Positions 49,169 to 58,165 are shown, counted from the first letter of the stretch. The stretch: DNA of 64,000 bases from an uncultured Bacilli bacterium (GCA_910580185.1 CAJTWC010000001.1:99532-163531), one strand, 5' to 3'. Notes: generated by a model not told the origin, from the letters alone. Numbers and translations: made by a program.

Positions 49169-49229
49169 TTTATAAGTATACAACACATTTTATGTTTTGT
49201 AAAGTATTTTATTACAATTCATTTTTTAT

Positions 49230-50135
49230 CTAATATTTATATGTTGATTCAGAATCAACATCCCCATAGTTATGGGGATTTGAAACGCTAGATTCGGTAG
49301 CTGATTCACCAATACCATATAATACTTTTAAATAATTTTCATCAGTGCTTAGTTTTTTATTAACTACTTTTCTAATTACCCTATTAATTTCTAACTCTAA
49401 TTTATTTAAAAAAGTCATATGTGTCAATAAATACTTAGCTAAAGCATCATCAATAGTTTTAATATATTCTATTATAAATTGAGGGATTTCATTTCTATTA
49501 ACTTTTGATAAATCAACACCGTTTTTACGAAGCGTTTTTTCAAGCACTTCATTTTCAGCTAGTAATTCATTCTCGATGTCATAATCATGAAAAATACTAT
49601 AAATATACCATCTTGCAAAATGTTCTTTTATTATTTCACTATCATTATTATTTTTAGATATTACATTAAAGCGACTTTCTGAATTTTCAGGCACCTTACC
49701 TTCTTCTTTACTAATAATTTCCATTGATTTGTCATCAACTAATTTATAAATATCTTCCTGAATATCATCTAAACCTTCAGTTCCTAATACTTTATCAAAC
49801 AATTTATATTTATCAATATATAAAACTATTTCTTTATATTCTAATGTTTCCTTTTCATTATCAGATACTGATTCTAAATAAGTTTTAGCTACTGATAGCA
49901 TTTGTGCAATGTTCTTTCCACATAGTTTTAATGTTTCCATAACGAATTTAGGATCTTTTTTTACACGTTCCGATGGAAAACGAATCATTTTAATATCAAA
50001 ACTACCTTTTGTCTCAACAATCTTTTTAAAAACCGCGATCATAAATGGCGTATAATCTTCTAACTTTTCTACATCCACATCTTCTTTATCATTACCACTA
50101 ATATAATTTTCAACTGTTTCTTCATCAAAATTCAT
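49230..50135 (-). CDS. Hypothetical acidic protein
   Basis: 301-aa ORF between rpe and infC. I recognise no family. Confidence 0.55.
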   Translation of the reverse strand: MNFDEETVENYISGNDKEDVDVEKLEDYTPFMIAVFKKIVETKGSFDIKMIRFPSERVKKDPKFVMETLKLCGKNIAQMLSVAKTYLESVSDNEKETLEYKEIVLYIDKYKLFDKVLGTEGLDDIQEDIYKLVDDKSMEIISKEEGKVPENSESRFNVISKNNNDSEIIKEHFARWYIYSIFHDYDIENELLAENEVLEKTLRKNGVDLSKVNRNEIPQFIIEYIKTIDDALAKYLLTHMTFLNKLELEINRVIRKVVNKKLSTDENYLKVLYGIGESATESSVSNPHNYGDVDSESTYKY

Positions 50136-50157
50136 AATATTTACCCTGCTTTCTAAT

Positions 50158-50778
50158 TTATTTTAAATTATTTATTTTATCATCATAATTACTACTATCA
50201 GTTATATAAGAGCCAGAAACAACCATATCACAACCTGCATATTTACAAAGTTCTATCGTTTTATCATTTACTCCACCATCAATGCTTACAATTAAATCTG
50301 TTGGGGCTATTTTTTTAATTTTTCTTATCTTTTCTACTACTTCTTCTTTGAAACTTTGCCCCCCTGCGCCTGGAGATACACTCATAAATAACACTAAATC
50401 TATATCATCTAAGTAAGGAATGATTTTTCTTTCATCAGTTTCAGGATTTATTGCCAAACCTACTTTTAAGCCTAATGACTTAACATAATCTATTAAGCTA
50501 AAATCATCTATTACCTCAACGTGAAAAGTTATGTATTGAGGCTCTAATTTTGCATACTCTTTTATAACACTATGATCTTTAACCATTAAATGTAAATCTA
50601 TTCTTTTAGTACTAACTGCTTTTATATCTTTAACAACTTCTAACGGAAACTTTTTGTTATCAACAAATTTTCCATCCATAACATCAACGTGCAGGAAATC
50701 AGCACTTGATTTATTAACCTTTTTAACAGCGGATATTAAATTTTCATATTCTTTTAATATTGAAACTGATACTTTCAT
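50158..50778 (-). CDS. rpe: Ribulose-phosphate 3-epimerase
   Basis: SILKE..ADFLHVDVMDGKFV and a C-terminal DGGVN motif. Confidence 0.9.
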   Translation of the reverse strand: MKVSVSILKEYENLISAVKKVNKSSADFLHVDVMDGKFVDNKKFPLEVVKDIKAVSTKRIDLHLMVKDHSVIKEYAKLEPQYITFHVEVIDDFSLIDYVKSLGLKVGLAINPETDERKIIPYLDDIDLVLFMSVSPGAGGQSFKEEVVEKIRKIKKIAPTDLIVSIDGGVNDKTIELCKYAGCDMVVSGSYITDSSNYDDKINNLK

Positions 50779-50782
50779 TTTA

Positions 50783-51625
50783 TCACCATTTTTTATCAGG
50801 AATACTATCTATAAACTTTTTATAGTTTTCATATCTTGTATTTCTAATTTTACCTTCACTTACTAACTTTTTTATATAACAGCCATCTTCTTTTATATGA
50901 AGACAATCTTGGTATTTACAGTTATCTTCATTTTCATAAAATTCTATAAAATTATCTTTTATATCTTTTTTATCCATTCCTATAAAGTCCAAAGATGAAA
51001 ATCCAGGAGTATCTGCAACCAAACCTCCATCTATATCTAATAGTTCAACGTGCCTTGTGGTATGCCTACCTCTTCCTAATGCTTTTGATATTTCACCCGT
51101 TGCTAAATTTAAATCTTCTTTTAAACTATTTAGTAAAGAGGATTTACCGACTCCAGTTTGTCCTGTTAAAACACTTATTTTATCTTTTAGAAGATTCTTT
51201 ATATCACTTATTTCTTTATTTATATAAACTGTATAACCTATAGTTCTATAATAATTTATTATTTCATCCATTTCGGATGTATCATCTAATAAATCATACT
51301 TTGTAAAACATATTATTGGTTTTATATTGTTATATTCAATAACAACTAGCATTTTATCAAGTAAATTACTAGAAAAATTAGGTTCCCTACAACTAACTAG
51401 TATTATTGCTTGATCAACGTTTGCAATCGGCGGTCTTACAAGCTCGTTTTTTCTAGGCATTATGTTTTTAATAACGTTATTTTCTTTATCTATTTCAACT
51501 ATATCTCCTACTAAGGGAGATATTTTAAGATATTTAAATTTACCAATAGAAGAACACTCATAAAAGTGTCCTTCTACTAAAACAGTCCATTTATTACTAA
51601 TTAATTTTATTACTCTTCCTGTCAT
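50783..51625 (-). CDS. rsgA: Ribosome small-subunit-dependent GTPase A
   Basis: GQTGVGKSSLLN P-loop and a C-terminal zinc knuckle CKYQDCLHIKEDGC. Confidence 0.9.
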   Translation of the reverse strand: MTGRVIKLISNKWTVLVEGHFYECSSIGKFKYLKISPLVGDIVEIDKENNVIKNIMPRKNELVRPPIANVDQAIILVSCREPNFSSNLLDKMLVVIEYNNIKPIICFTKYDLLDDTSEMDEIINYYRTIGYTVYINKEISDIKNLLKDKISVLTGQTGVGKSSLLNSLKEDLNLATGEISKALGRGRHTTRHVELLDIDGGLVADTPGFSSLDFIGMDKKDIKDNFIEFYENEDNCKYQDCLHIKEDGCYIKKLVSEGKIRNTRYENYKKFIDSIPDKKW

Positions 51626-53364
51626 TATTCTCCTTCATCTACATTTGGGGCATCTGCTTTAGTAGTTGTTGTCTGAGGCTTTTCAGATACTACAACTTTA
51701 AATGTTTCATTTTCAAAAACTTCATCGCCAGCTTTTGGAGATTGACCAATAACAGTACCTTCATCAACGGAATCATCTGCTTGATATGTAACTTTTATTG
51801 AAAGACCATATTTTTCGCAGTATTCTTTAGCTCTCTCCAAAGTCCATTTATCAGTTACCATATCTGGATAAACTGTTAAAATTTTTGGAATGTATAATAT
51901 TATATTTTGTCCAGATGCAAGCTTAGTTCCTTCTTTTATACTTTGATCTATTACCTGCTGTTTATTATCTTTGTAACTAGCTGAATCTTCTACTTCTTTT
52001 TCTTCTATTGTAACAACAAGACCAAGTAGCTCTAATTTTGCCTTTGTTTCATACGCATTAGTACCCTTATAATTTTCAATTGTTGTTTTCTTACTTCCTG
52101 ATGAATAATATATCGTTATAACAGAACCCTTTTTTACGTATCTATTTTTTTTCGGTTCAGTTTCTATTACCAAATCTTCATCTACTTCATCACTAGTTTT
52201 TTTCTTAGAATCAATTTTAAAACCTTCTTTTTTTAGCATTTTCTCAGCTTTAGATATTTCCATACCATATACATCTGGTACTTCAACATCTTTTGAAGAC
52301 ATTAATTTAGGAAGCAGCATTAATAGTACTAACGCTAGTGCTAAAACACCAATAATAACACTAATTAATACTATCTTTTTTTTGTTACTTTTTTCTATTT
52401 TTTCTTCTTCAGTAATTTGTTTTATAGCAGGTTTAGCTGCTTCGTTTTTTATATTTTCTTTTTTAACGTTAGTGATTGTATCATTATTTGAAAAATCACT
52501 TTCAGGATATCTAAATGTTATTTTTTCTTCTTTTTCGCGAGACTCATCTAAACAAGTTTCAATATCATCTGCCATTTCTCTTACGTCACGATATCTGTTC
52601 TTAGGATTTTTAGCAGCCGCTTTTAAAACTATGTTTTCAACAGATTGAGGCACAACTGGATTAATTTCTCTTACGCTAGGAAGTGGTTCTTTCATGTGTT
52701 TTAATGCTATTTCAACAGCTGAATCTCCTTTAAACGGACATTTTCCCGTTAGCATTTCAAACATAAGAATTCCTAAAGAATATATATCACTTCTAATTGT
52801 TGAACCTTTCCCACTAGCTTGCTCTGGTGGTAAATAATGAACTGACCCCATAACTGAATTAGTTTGAGTAAGTTGTGCATTATTTAATGCCATCGCAATA
52901 CCAAAGTCAGTTATTTTAACAAGGCCACTTTCTTTTATCATAATATTTTGTGGTTTTATATCCCTATGAATTATGTATGAATCATGCGCACTAGCTAGTG
53001 CATCAGATAACTGAAGCATAATATCCATTGTTTCAGGAAGAGATAAAACTCCTCTTTTCTTTATCAACTGTTTTAAAGTTTTTCCTTCAATATATTCCAT
53101 TACTATGTAAAAATTACCATCATCTTCTCCAACGTCATAAATTTCTACTATGTTTGGATGTGATAATGAAGATGCAGAAAGTGCTTCCCTTTGGAACCTT
53201 CTAACAAACTTTTCATCGCCTGCTAAATCACCTCTTAAAACCTTTACAGCAACTTTTCTTCCTAAAATAGTATCACTTGCTAAATAAACATTAGCCATTC
53301 CGCCTTCGCCAATTAATTTTTCAATTTCATAACGATCATTTATAAGTTGTCCTTTAGCGATCAT
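51625..53364 (-). CDS. prkC: Ser/Thr protein kinase with extracellular PASTA repeats
   Basis: Hanks kinase motifs (HRDIKPQN, DFGIA), a TM segment, and three PASTA-like repeats. Confidence 0.9.
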   Translation of the reverse strand: MIAKGQLINDRYEIEKLIGEGGMANVYLASDTILGRKVAVKVLRGDLAGDEKFVRRFQREALSASSLSHPNIVEIYDVGEDDGNFYIVMEYIEGKTLKQLIKKRGVLSLPETMDIMLQLSDALASAHDSYIIHRDIKPQNIMIKESGLVKITDFGIAMALNNAQLTQTNSVMGSVHYLPPEQASGKGSTIRSDIYSLGILMFEMLTGKCPFKGDSAVEIALKHMKEPLPSVREINPVVPQSVENIVLKAAAKNPKNRYRDVREMADDIETCLDESREKEEKITFRYPESDFSNNDTITNVKKENIKNEAAKPAIKQITEEEKIEKSNKKKIVLISVIIGVLALALVLLMLLPKLMSSKDVEVPDVYGMEISKAEKMLKKEGFKIDSKKKTSDEVDEDLVIETEPKKNRYVKKGSVITIYYSSGSKKTTIENYKGTNAYETKAKLELLGLVVTIEEKEVEDSASYKDNKQQVIDQSIKEGTKLASGQNIILYIPKILTVYPDMVTDKWTLERAKEYCEKYGLSIKVTYQADDSVDEGTVIGQSPKAGDEVFENETFKVVVSEKPQTTTTKADAPNVDEGE

Positions 53365-53366
53365 AA

Positions 53367-54104
53367 CTATTCACCACTTTCCTTTTCTAAACATGCGATG
53401 GATACGTTATCAGTACCACCCCTTAAATTACTCTTTCTTATTAATTTAACAACCTTTTCCTCTAAGGATAAATCACTATTTAAAACTTTTTCTATTTGAC
53501 TTGCATTAAGCATATTAGTAAGGCCGTCACTGCATAAAAGGATTGCATCACATTCTCTTTCAACATCAAATATATCAACGTCTATTGGATTATTCGCTCC
53601 AAGCGCTCTCATAAGTACGTTCTTCCTTGGGTGATTTAATGCTTCTTCCTTAGTAAGTTCTCCTGTTTCTACAAGTAAATTAACTAAAGTATGATCTTTT
53701 GTTACTTTATATAAACCACCTTTTTTCATAACAAAACCTGATGAATCTCCTACGTTACCAAACAAGATATAATCATCTGTTACTATTGCTAATACTAAGG
53801 TTGTTCCCATTCCCTTGCTTTCTTTAAACTCATCAGTATATTTAAATATTGCATCATTAAGACTACTTACGTTTTCTCTTATCCAATTAACTGCATTTTG
53901 TTTTTCTCCAATGGATTCTAATTTTTTAAATTTATCGGTAAGACCATTTACAACTATTGAAGAGGCAACCTCGCCTGCTTTATGCCCACCCATACCATCT
54001 GCTACTACCATCAGATACTCACCTGATAAGTCATTAACAATCATAACAGAATCTTCATTATGAGTTCTAACTTTTCCAGTATCAGATACATAATATGCTT
54101 TCAT
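53367..54104 (-). CDS. prpC: PP2C-family Ser/Thr phosphatase
   Basis: Start at MKAYYVSDTGKVRTHNEDS behind the RBS AAAGGAGA. DGMGGH motif. Confidence 0.9.
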   Translation of the reverse strand: MKAYYVSDTGKVRTHNEDSVMIVNDLSGEYLMVVADGMGGHKAGEVASSIVVNGLTDKFKKLESIGEKQNAVNWIRENVSSLNDAIFKYTDEFKESKGMGTTLVLAIVTDDYILFGNVGDSSGFVMKKGGLYKVTKDHTLVNLLVETGELTKEEALNHPRKNVLMRALGANNPIDVDIFDVERECDAILLCSDGLTNMLNASQIEKVLNSDLSLEEKVVKLIRKSNLRGGTDNVSIACLEKESGE

Positions 54105-54105
54105 G

Positions 54106-55137
54106 TTATATTTCTCCTTTACTAATTTGTTCACTCCTTAACTGCCCACATGCTGCGGACACCTTAGAACCAAACTCTCTTCTTATTGTTACGTTTATAT
54201 TACTTTCTTTTAATATATCATAAAATCTATTAATTGTCACTTTATCACTAGTTTTATATTCTATGTGAGAAGTTTCATTATAAGGAATTAAATTAACATA
54301 GCAATTTAGCCCTTTTAATAGACTAGCTAACTCTTTAGCACACTTTGGTGTATCATTTACTCCTTTTAATAAAATATATTCGAAAGTTACCCTTCTATTT
54401 GTAACCTTAATATAATCCTTTACAGCGTCTATTATATCATTTACTTTATAAGCCTTATTAATAGGCATTATCTTATTTCTTATTTCATCATTTGGTGCAT
54501 GAAGACTAATAGCTAAATTAACACCTGTTTTTTCATTTGTAAATTCTCTTATTTTAGGAACTAAACCACACGTTGAAATCGTAATATGCCTTATTCCAAT
54601 ATTTATCCCCTTAGGGTCATTAATAATGTTTATAAAACGCATAACGTTATCATAGTTATCAAATGGTTCACCAATTCCCATTAAAACAACGTGACTAATT
54701 CTTTCGTCTATATCTTCTTCTACTGCAAGAATTTGTAAAACAAGTTCGAAAGCATTTAGGTTTCTTAATTTTTTTAACCTTCCTGATTCACAAAAACGGC
54801 ACCCCATATTACAGCCGACTTGCGTCGATACACATAAGCTATTACCATAATCATGATTCATAAGTACCGCTTCTATTTTATTTCCATCATATAGTTCAAA
54901 TAAGTACTTTCTTACGTCTAGATCTTTTTGAACGGTAACAAGCTTTAATCTATCGGTACTTAAATGTTCTTTTAAATACTTAATTAAATCTTTTTTTAAG
55001 TTAGTCATTTCATCAAACGCTTTAATACGTTTAATATATAACCAGTCAAAAACTTGATCTGCTCTAAACTTAGATTCACCTATTTCTTTAAAATAATTTT
55101 CTAATTCTTCTTTTGTATAATTATAAATACTATTCAT
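54106..55137 (-). CDS. rlmN: 23S rRNA/tRNA A2503 methyltransferase, radical SAM
   Basis: CNMGCRFCESG radical-SAM cluster motif and a C-terminal Cys. Confidence 0.9.
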   Translation of the reverse strand: MNSIYNYTKEELENYFKEIGESKFRADQVFDWLYIKRIKAFDEMTNLKKDLIKYLKEHLSTDRLKLVTVQKDLDVRKYLFELYDGNKIEAVLMNHDYGNSLCVSTQVGCNMGCRFCESGRLKKLRNLNAFELVLQILAVEEDIDERISHVVLMGIGEPFDNYDNVMRFINIINDPKGINIGIRHITISTCGLVPKIREFTNEKTGVNLAISLHAPNDEIRNKIMPINKAYKVNDIIDAVKDYIKVTNRRVTFEYILLKGVNDTPKCAKELASLLKGLNCYVNLIPYNETSHIEYKTSDKVTINRFYDILKESNINVTIRREFGSKVSAACGQLRSEQISKGEI

Positions 55138-55242
55138 TAAAAAGACTCCTTAACTAATACAATTATATCAAATTTGAACATAAAGGTTAATAAAATATAC
55201 AAAACAAAATAAAGCCTATATACATAAGCTTTACGTTTAATT

Positions 55243-55767
55243 TTATTTTATATTAAATAAGGTTATTAACTTACCAACTTTAAACACTATCTTATCCGCA
55301 TTCTTAATCGCCACTTTTTTAAATATCGCTTTACCACCAACCGTTAAAGATGAAATTAAAGCAGCTAGTATTATACTAACTAAAGTACTATTTATACCGC
55401 TTTTAGAAGATAAACTAATGGATAATATCGCTCCAATTGATCCTGATATAATACCACATACATCTCCTACTATATCATTACATAATGATGATATTTTATT
55501 ACCATTCTTAACTATGAAAACACATTGTTTAGCACCTTTTATTTTTTTCGAGTTTAAAGCATGAAAGCTAGACTCCTTGGCAGTTATTGAAGATGTTCCA
55601 ATAACATCGAATAAAATACCAATAGATATAGTTACTAAAAGTATTATAAACAATACTAAATCATTAAAATTAGCAGCCATAGAATTAGATACAAAGCTAA
55701 AAATAATTGATAATATAAAAGTTAATATAAAAACTATTAATATCCAATTATCTTTTTTATTTTTCAT
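55243..55767 (-). CDS. Small polytopic membrane protein (weak resemblance to the DUF21/CNNM transmembrane domain)
   Basis: 174 aa with four or five hydrophobic spans. The DUF21 likeness is by eye only. Confidence 0.6.
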   Translation of the reverse strand: MKNKKDNWILIVFILTFILSIIFSFVSNSMAANFNDLVLFIILLVTISIGILFDVIGTSSITAKESSFHALNSKKIKGAKQCVFIVKNGNKISSLCNDIVGDVCGIISGSIGAILSISLSSKSGINSTLVSIILAALISSLTVGGKAIFKKVAIKNADKIVFKVGKLITLFNIK

Positions 55768-55779
55768 AAAGCCTCCTAA

Positions 55780-56285
55780 TAAAAAAACTTTAACAACAAG
55801 TTAAAGTTAGTTTTTCTGTATGGTATATTACAAATCAACTTTACGGCTTTGGTCGAGTTGAATTTCTCTTTCCAGTACTCAAGATTACTCTTAAAGCACT
55901 TTCGTTTTAAACCGGAAAACTATCTGTTGCCATAAATAGTTACTCGATTACCACTTAGTCCGCACTTTAATACTTGTAATATATACACGCTAGAGGTTTT
56001 CCCTAACAAAAGTGACTATTCTTATATGCTTTTGCATTTGATATTTCATTAATTATTCTAAATCCCTACCAAACACTCACATCATGTACGTTATTATATT
56101 ATTTCAGTGACGTGATAAAAGGAATTATCAGCTGCATGCCATTGCAGTTATCCTTAAATCTTAAATCTTATTAACACCCTAACTTGGGCAGAAAAAGCAT
56201 TAATAAGAAGTGTCATTCGACAATTGGTAGATTTTTAGGCCTACCTTCAAATAGTATAATGACTAGCATAATGCACCACACATGA
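55780..56285 (-). ncRNA. ~500-nt ORF-free transcript from a consensus promoter to an intrinsic terminator; long structured leader/riboswitch candidate for the 55243-55767 gene
   Basis: Promoter TTGACT-17-TATAAT (56291-56319, minus strand). No ORF of 60 aa or more in any frame. Composition is visibly less AT-rich than other spacers. Terminator AACUUUAAC-5 nt-GUUAAAGUU plus U7 (55781-55808) lies 4 nt before the RBS GGAGG. Upstream GUAAAGUU (55837-55844) can pair with the terminator 5' arm instead, and is itself sequestered in the hairpin at 55835-55861. Confidence 0.5.
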
Positions 56286-56400
56286 CCAAAATTATAGCAT
56301 ATTACTATCTAAAAGTCAATTTTCAGATATCATACTACAATTTATTATATTCATAGTATAAACAAATTAATACTTGAAAATACTATTAATGGAGGTAAAA

Positions 56401-56568
56401 ATGATGAATGACGATAATAAATCAATAAAATGCAATGTTGAATCTTGTAAATACAATAATAGCAATGACAACTATTGCACTTTAAATGAAATAAAAGTTA
56501 GTTGCACATGCGATTCATGTGATGCTTGTAAAAAAGAAACGATTTGTGATAGTTTTAAAGAAAAATAA
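56401..56568 (+). CDS. Small Cys-rich protein, DUF1540-like
   Basis: 55 aa from the ATG behind the RBS GGAGGT (the track ORF starts at an upstream TTG). It contains two copies of the pattern KC.V.SC.Y....C....I.V. Confidence 0.6.
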   Translation: MMNDDNKSIKCNVESCKYNNSNDNYCTLNEIKVSCTCDSCDACKKETICDSFKEK

Positions 56569-56640
56569 AAAATTATAATATTTTTTAGTTTATTAATAAG
56601 TTTTATTGAATAAATATAATTGATATTGTATAATATAAAT

Positions 56641-56716
56641 GAAGGAAGCAACTTACTAGTTGTTTTCCAAATTGTTTTTTGTAAAACAAGGCTAGCTTTA
56701 ACTAACCTTGTTTTTC
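56641..56716 (+). ncRNA. Predicted ~75-nt small RNA, module A (antitoxin-like)
   Basis: Promoter TTGAAT-17-TATAAT (56606-56634). 5' hairpin GGAAGCAAC-UUACUA-GUUGUUUUCC. Terminator ACAAGG-14 nt-CCUUGU plus UUUUUCUU. No ORF with an RBS. Confidence 0.55.
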
Positions 56717-56806
56717 TTATATACTAAAAATAATAACTAGTACTATTATAAGTATTAAAATGATAATTAATTTTGGACTAAATTTTATTTCAAATCTAAA
56801 TCTCAT
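56717..56806 (-). CDS. Unannotated 29-aa hydrophobic peptide, module A (type I toxin-like)
   Basis: MRFRFEIKFSPKLIIILILIIVLVIIFSI. SD GGAAGGTGGTGG lies 5 nt upstream of the ATG. The stop abuts the shared terminator. Confidence 0.55.
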   Translation of the reverse strand: MRFRFEIKFSPKLIIILILIIVLVIIFSI

Positions 56807-56943
56807 AATTACCACCACCTTCCTATTCTTCATAAAAAGATGGAAAACAAAGCTAGCTTTCTACTGCTTCCTATATAATTATTAGCCATGAATTTTAAAA
56901 TTCCACTAAAAATACGAAAAAAGTTGAACTTTTTTAAACTCTT

Positions 56944-57984
56944 TTATATTTTGATTTGTTTAAGCATAGCTATACCATTAGTATTTTCAGGATTATCTTT
57001 TTCTATTAACGATATATAAAAATTTATTGCTCTATTCCTTCCTTCAGTCTTATGCTGCAAAGCATCTATTTGTCTTAAAACACCATCTTCGCTAATACAA
57101 TATCTATATAAATCTATCATTTTATCAAATCTACTAATTTCTATTTCATTTTTAAATAGAAAAAATATAAGAGGTCTTCCTGTTTCATAATACCTTTCCT
57201 CCCAATTATCATCACAATACCTATTATCTTCTAGATAATCTTCTAATATACTACAATTATTTTCTTTTACTATATGATATAGTAAATCAACTAATATATT
57301 CTTTTGCTCAAAAGTTAAATCTCCATAAACACTTTCATTCATTGCAAAATTTGCTATTCCTGCCACAATACTTGAACCATTGCTAAGCATTTGATAATTA
57401 GTCCTTTTATCTAATATCAGCTTTCTAGTAACATTATTTATATTTTTGTGATCAAACATACACCAAAATGGTTCATAACTTGCTAAAATTTTTCTTGTAT
57501 TAGGGTTAAAAAGACCTCTATCTATTAAATTTTTATACATATCATAGAATTCTTGTTTATCCCATTTTATCCTATTTAATAATAAATAAATTGGATCTGT
57601 ATCACCTTTATCAATTTTAATTTCCCAATACAAATCATAAGAATTAACATATTTATAAAATTCATAGTTTTTTGCATCTTTAAAATCAACCATAGTCCAT
57701 TCATAATCAAATATTTTATTTTCTAACCCATTAAGAATATATTCCCATTTGCTTTTGATCAATTTATCTAAATCATCTAAACTATCTGATAAGTTGACAT
57801 TAAACAAATTATTTGCAATTTCTGTGTTTTTTTCTTTAAATCTCAATGTACCATTATATTTACTATCATACATATATTTTTTGTTTAATTCGTTTCTTTG
57901 CTCTAATCTAATTTTACATAAATCAACATTGTATCTTATTGTTAACATTATTAAAAAGTTAAAATATTCTTCTTTTGGATTCAT
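56944..57984 (-). CDS. Orphan 346-aa protein bracketed by the two module copies
   Basis: Long ORF with the RBS AGGTG. I recognise no family, TM segment or signal peptide. Confidence 0.65.
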   Translation of the reverse strand: MNPKEEYFNFLIMLTIRYNVDLCKIRLEQRNELNKKYMYDSKYNGTLRFKEKNTEIANNLFNVNLSDSLDDLDKLIKSKWEYILNGLENKIFDYEWTMVDFKDAKNYEFYKYVNSYDLYWEIKIDKGDTDPIYLLLNRIKWDKQEFYDMYKNLIDRGLFNPNTRKILASYEPFWCMFDHKNINNVTRKLILDKRTNYQMLSNGSSIVAGIANFAMNESVYGDLTFEQKNILVDLLYHIVKENNCSILEDYLEDNRYCDDNWEERYYETGRPLIFFLFKNEIEISRFDKMIDLYRYCISEDGVLRQIDALQHKTEGRNRAINFYISLIEKDNPENTNGIAMLKQIKI

Positions 57985-58083
57985 AACTACACCTATAAAT
58001 TAATACCATTTATTATAAATTATTTAAATATTTTTATCAATATAAATATTGAATAAACATAACTGCTATTGTATAATATAAAA

Positions 58084-58165
58084 GAAGGAAGCAACATTAC
58101 TAGTTGTTTTCCAAAATGTTTTCAAATTGAAAAACAGAGCTAGTTACCCACTAACTCTGTTTTTC
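58084..58165 (+). ncRNA. Predicted ~80-nt small RNA, module B
   Basis: Promoter TTGAAT-17-TATAAT (58049-58077). Same 5' hairpin as copy A. Terminator ACAGAG-15 nt-CUCUGU plus a U-run. Confidence 0.55.

Larger units (their letters stand above)
56605..56904. repeat. ~300-bp direct repeat, copy A (sRNA/peptide module)
   Basis: By eye ~90 percent identical to 58048-58352, in the same orientation, 1443 bp apart. Confidence 0.9.

Noticed and set aside
55780-56285. Could the ORF-free 500-nt region be RNase P RNA, tmRNA, SRP RNA or a decayed rsmB gene?
   Set aside because: Neither strand contains the near-universal RNase P P4 string GAGGAAAGUCC. There is no tRNA-like GGUUCGA..CCACCA end as in tmRNA, and no SRP domain IV string GUCAGGUCCGGAAGGAAGCAGC. 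Three-frame translation shows no RsmB methyltransferase motifs (DAPCSG, VYSTCS). 6S RNA cannot be excluded by eye.
56830-56889. 19-codon upstream ORF (MANNYIGSSRKLALFSIFL) in the module A peptide-mRNA leader, with a 20-codon analog in module C
   Set aside because: It has no RBS. It overlaps the predicted -10 and transcription start region, so it may not be transcribed from its ATG. In the near-identical copy B it is cut to 4 codons by a TAA. It is therefore not conserved as coding.
56605-56904. Are the modules MITE-like mobile elements, given ~30-bp inverted repeats at both ends?
   Set aside because: Copy C keeps the same promoter/hairpin/ORF/terminator architecture with different primary sequence and compensatory stem changes. 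That fits a functional RNA/peptide locus better than a transposon relic. No target-site duplications were evident. This is not fully excluded.
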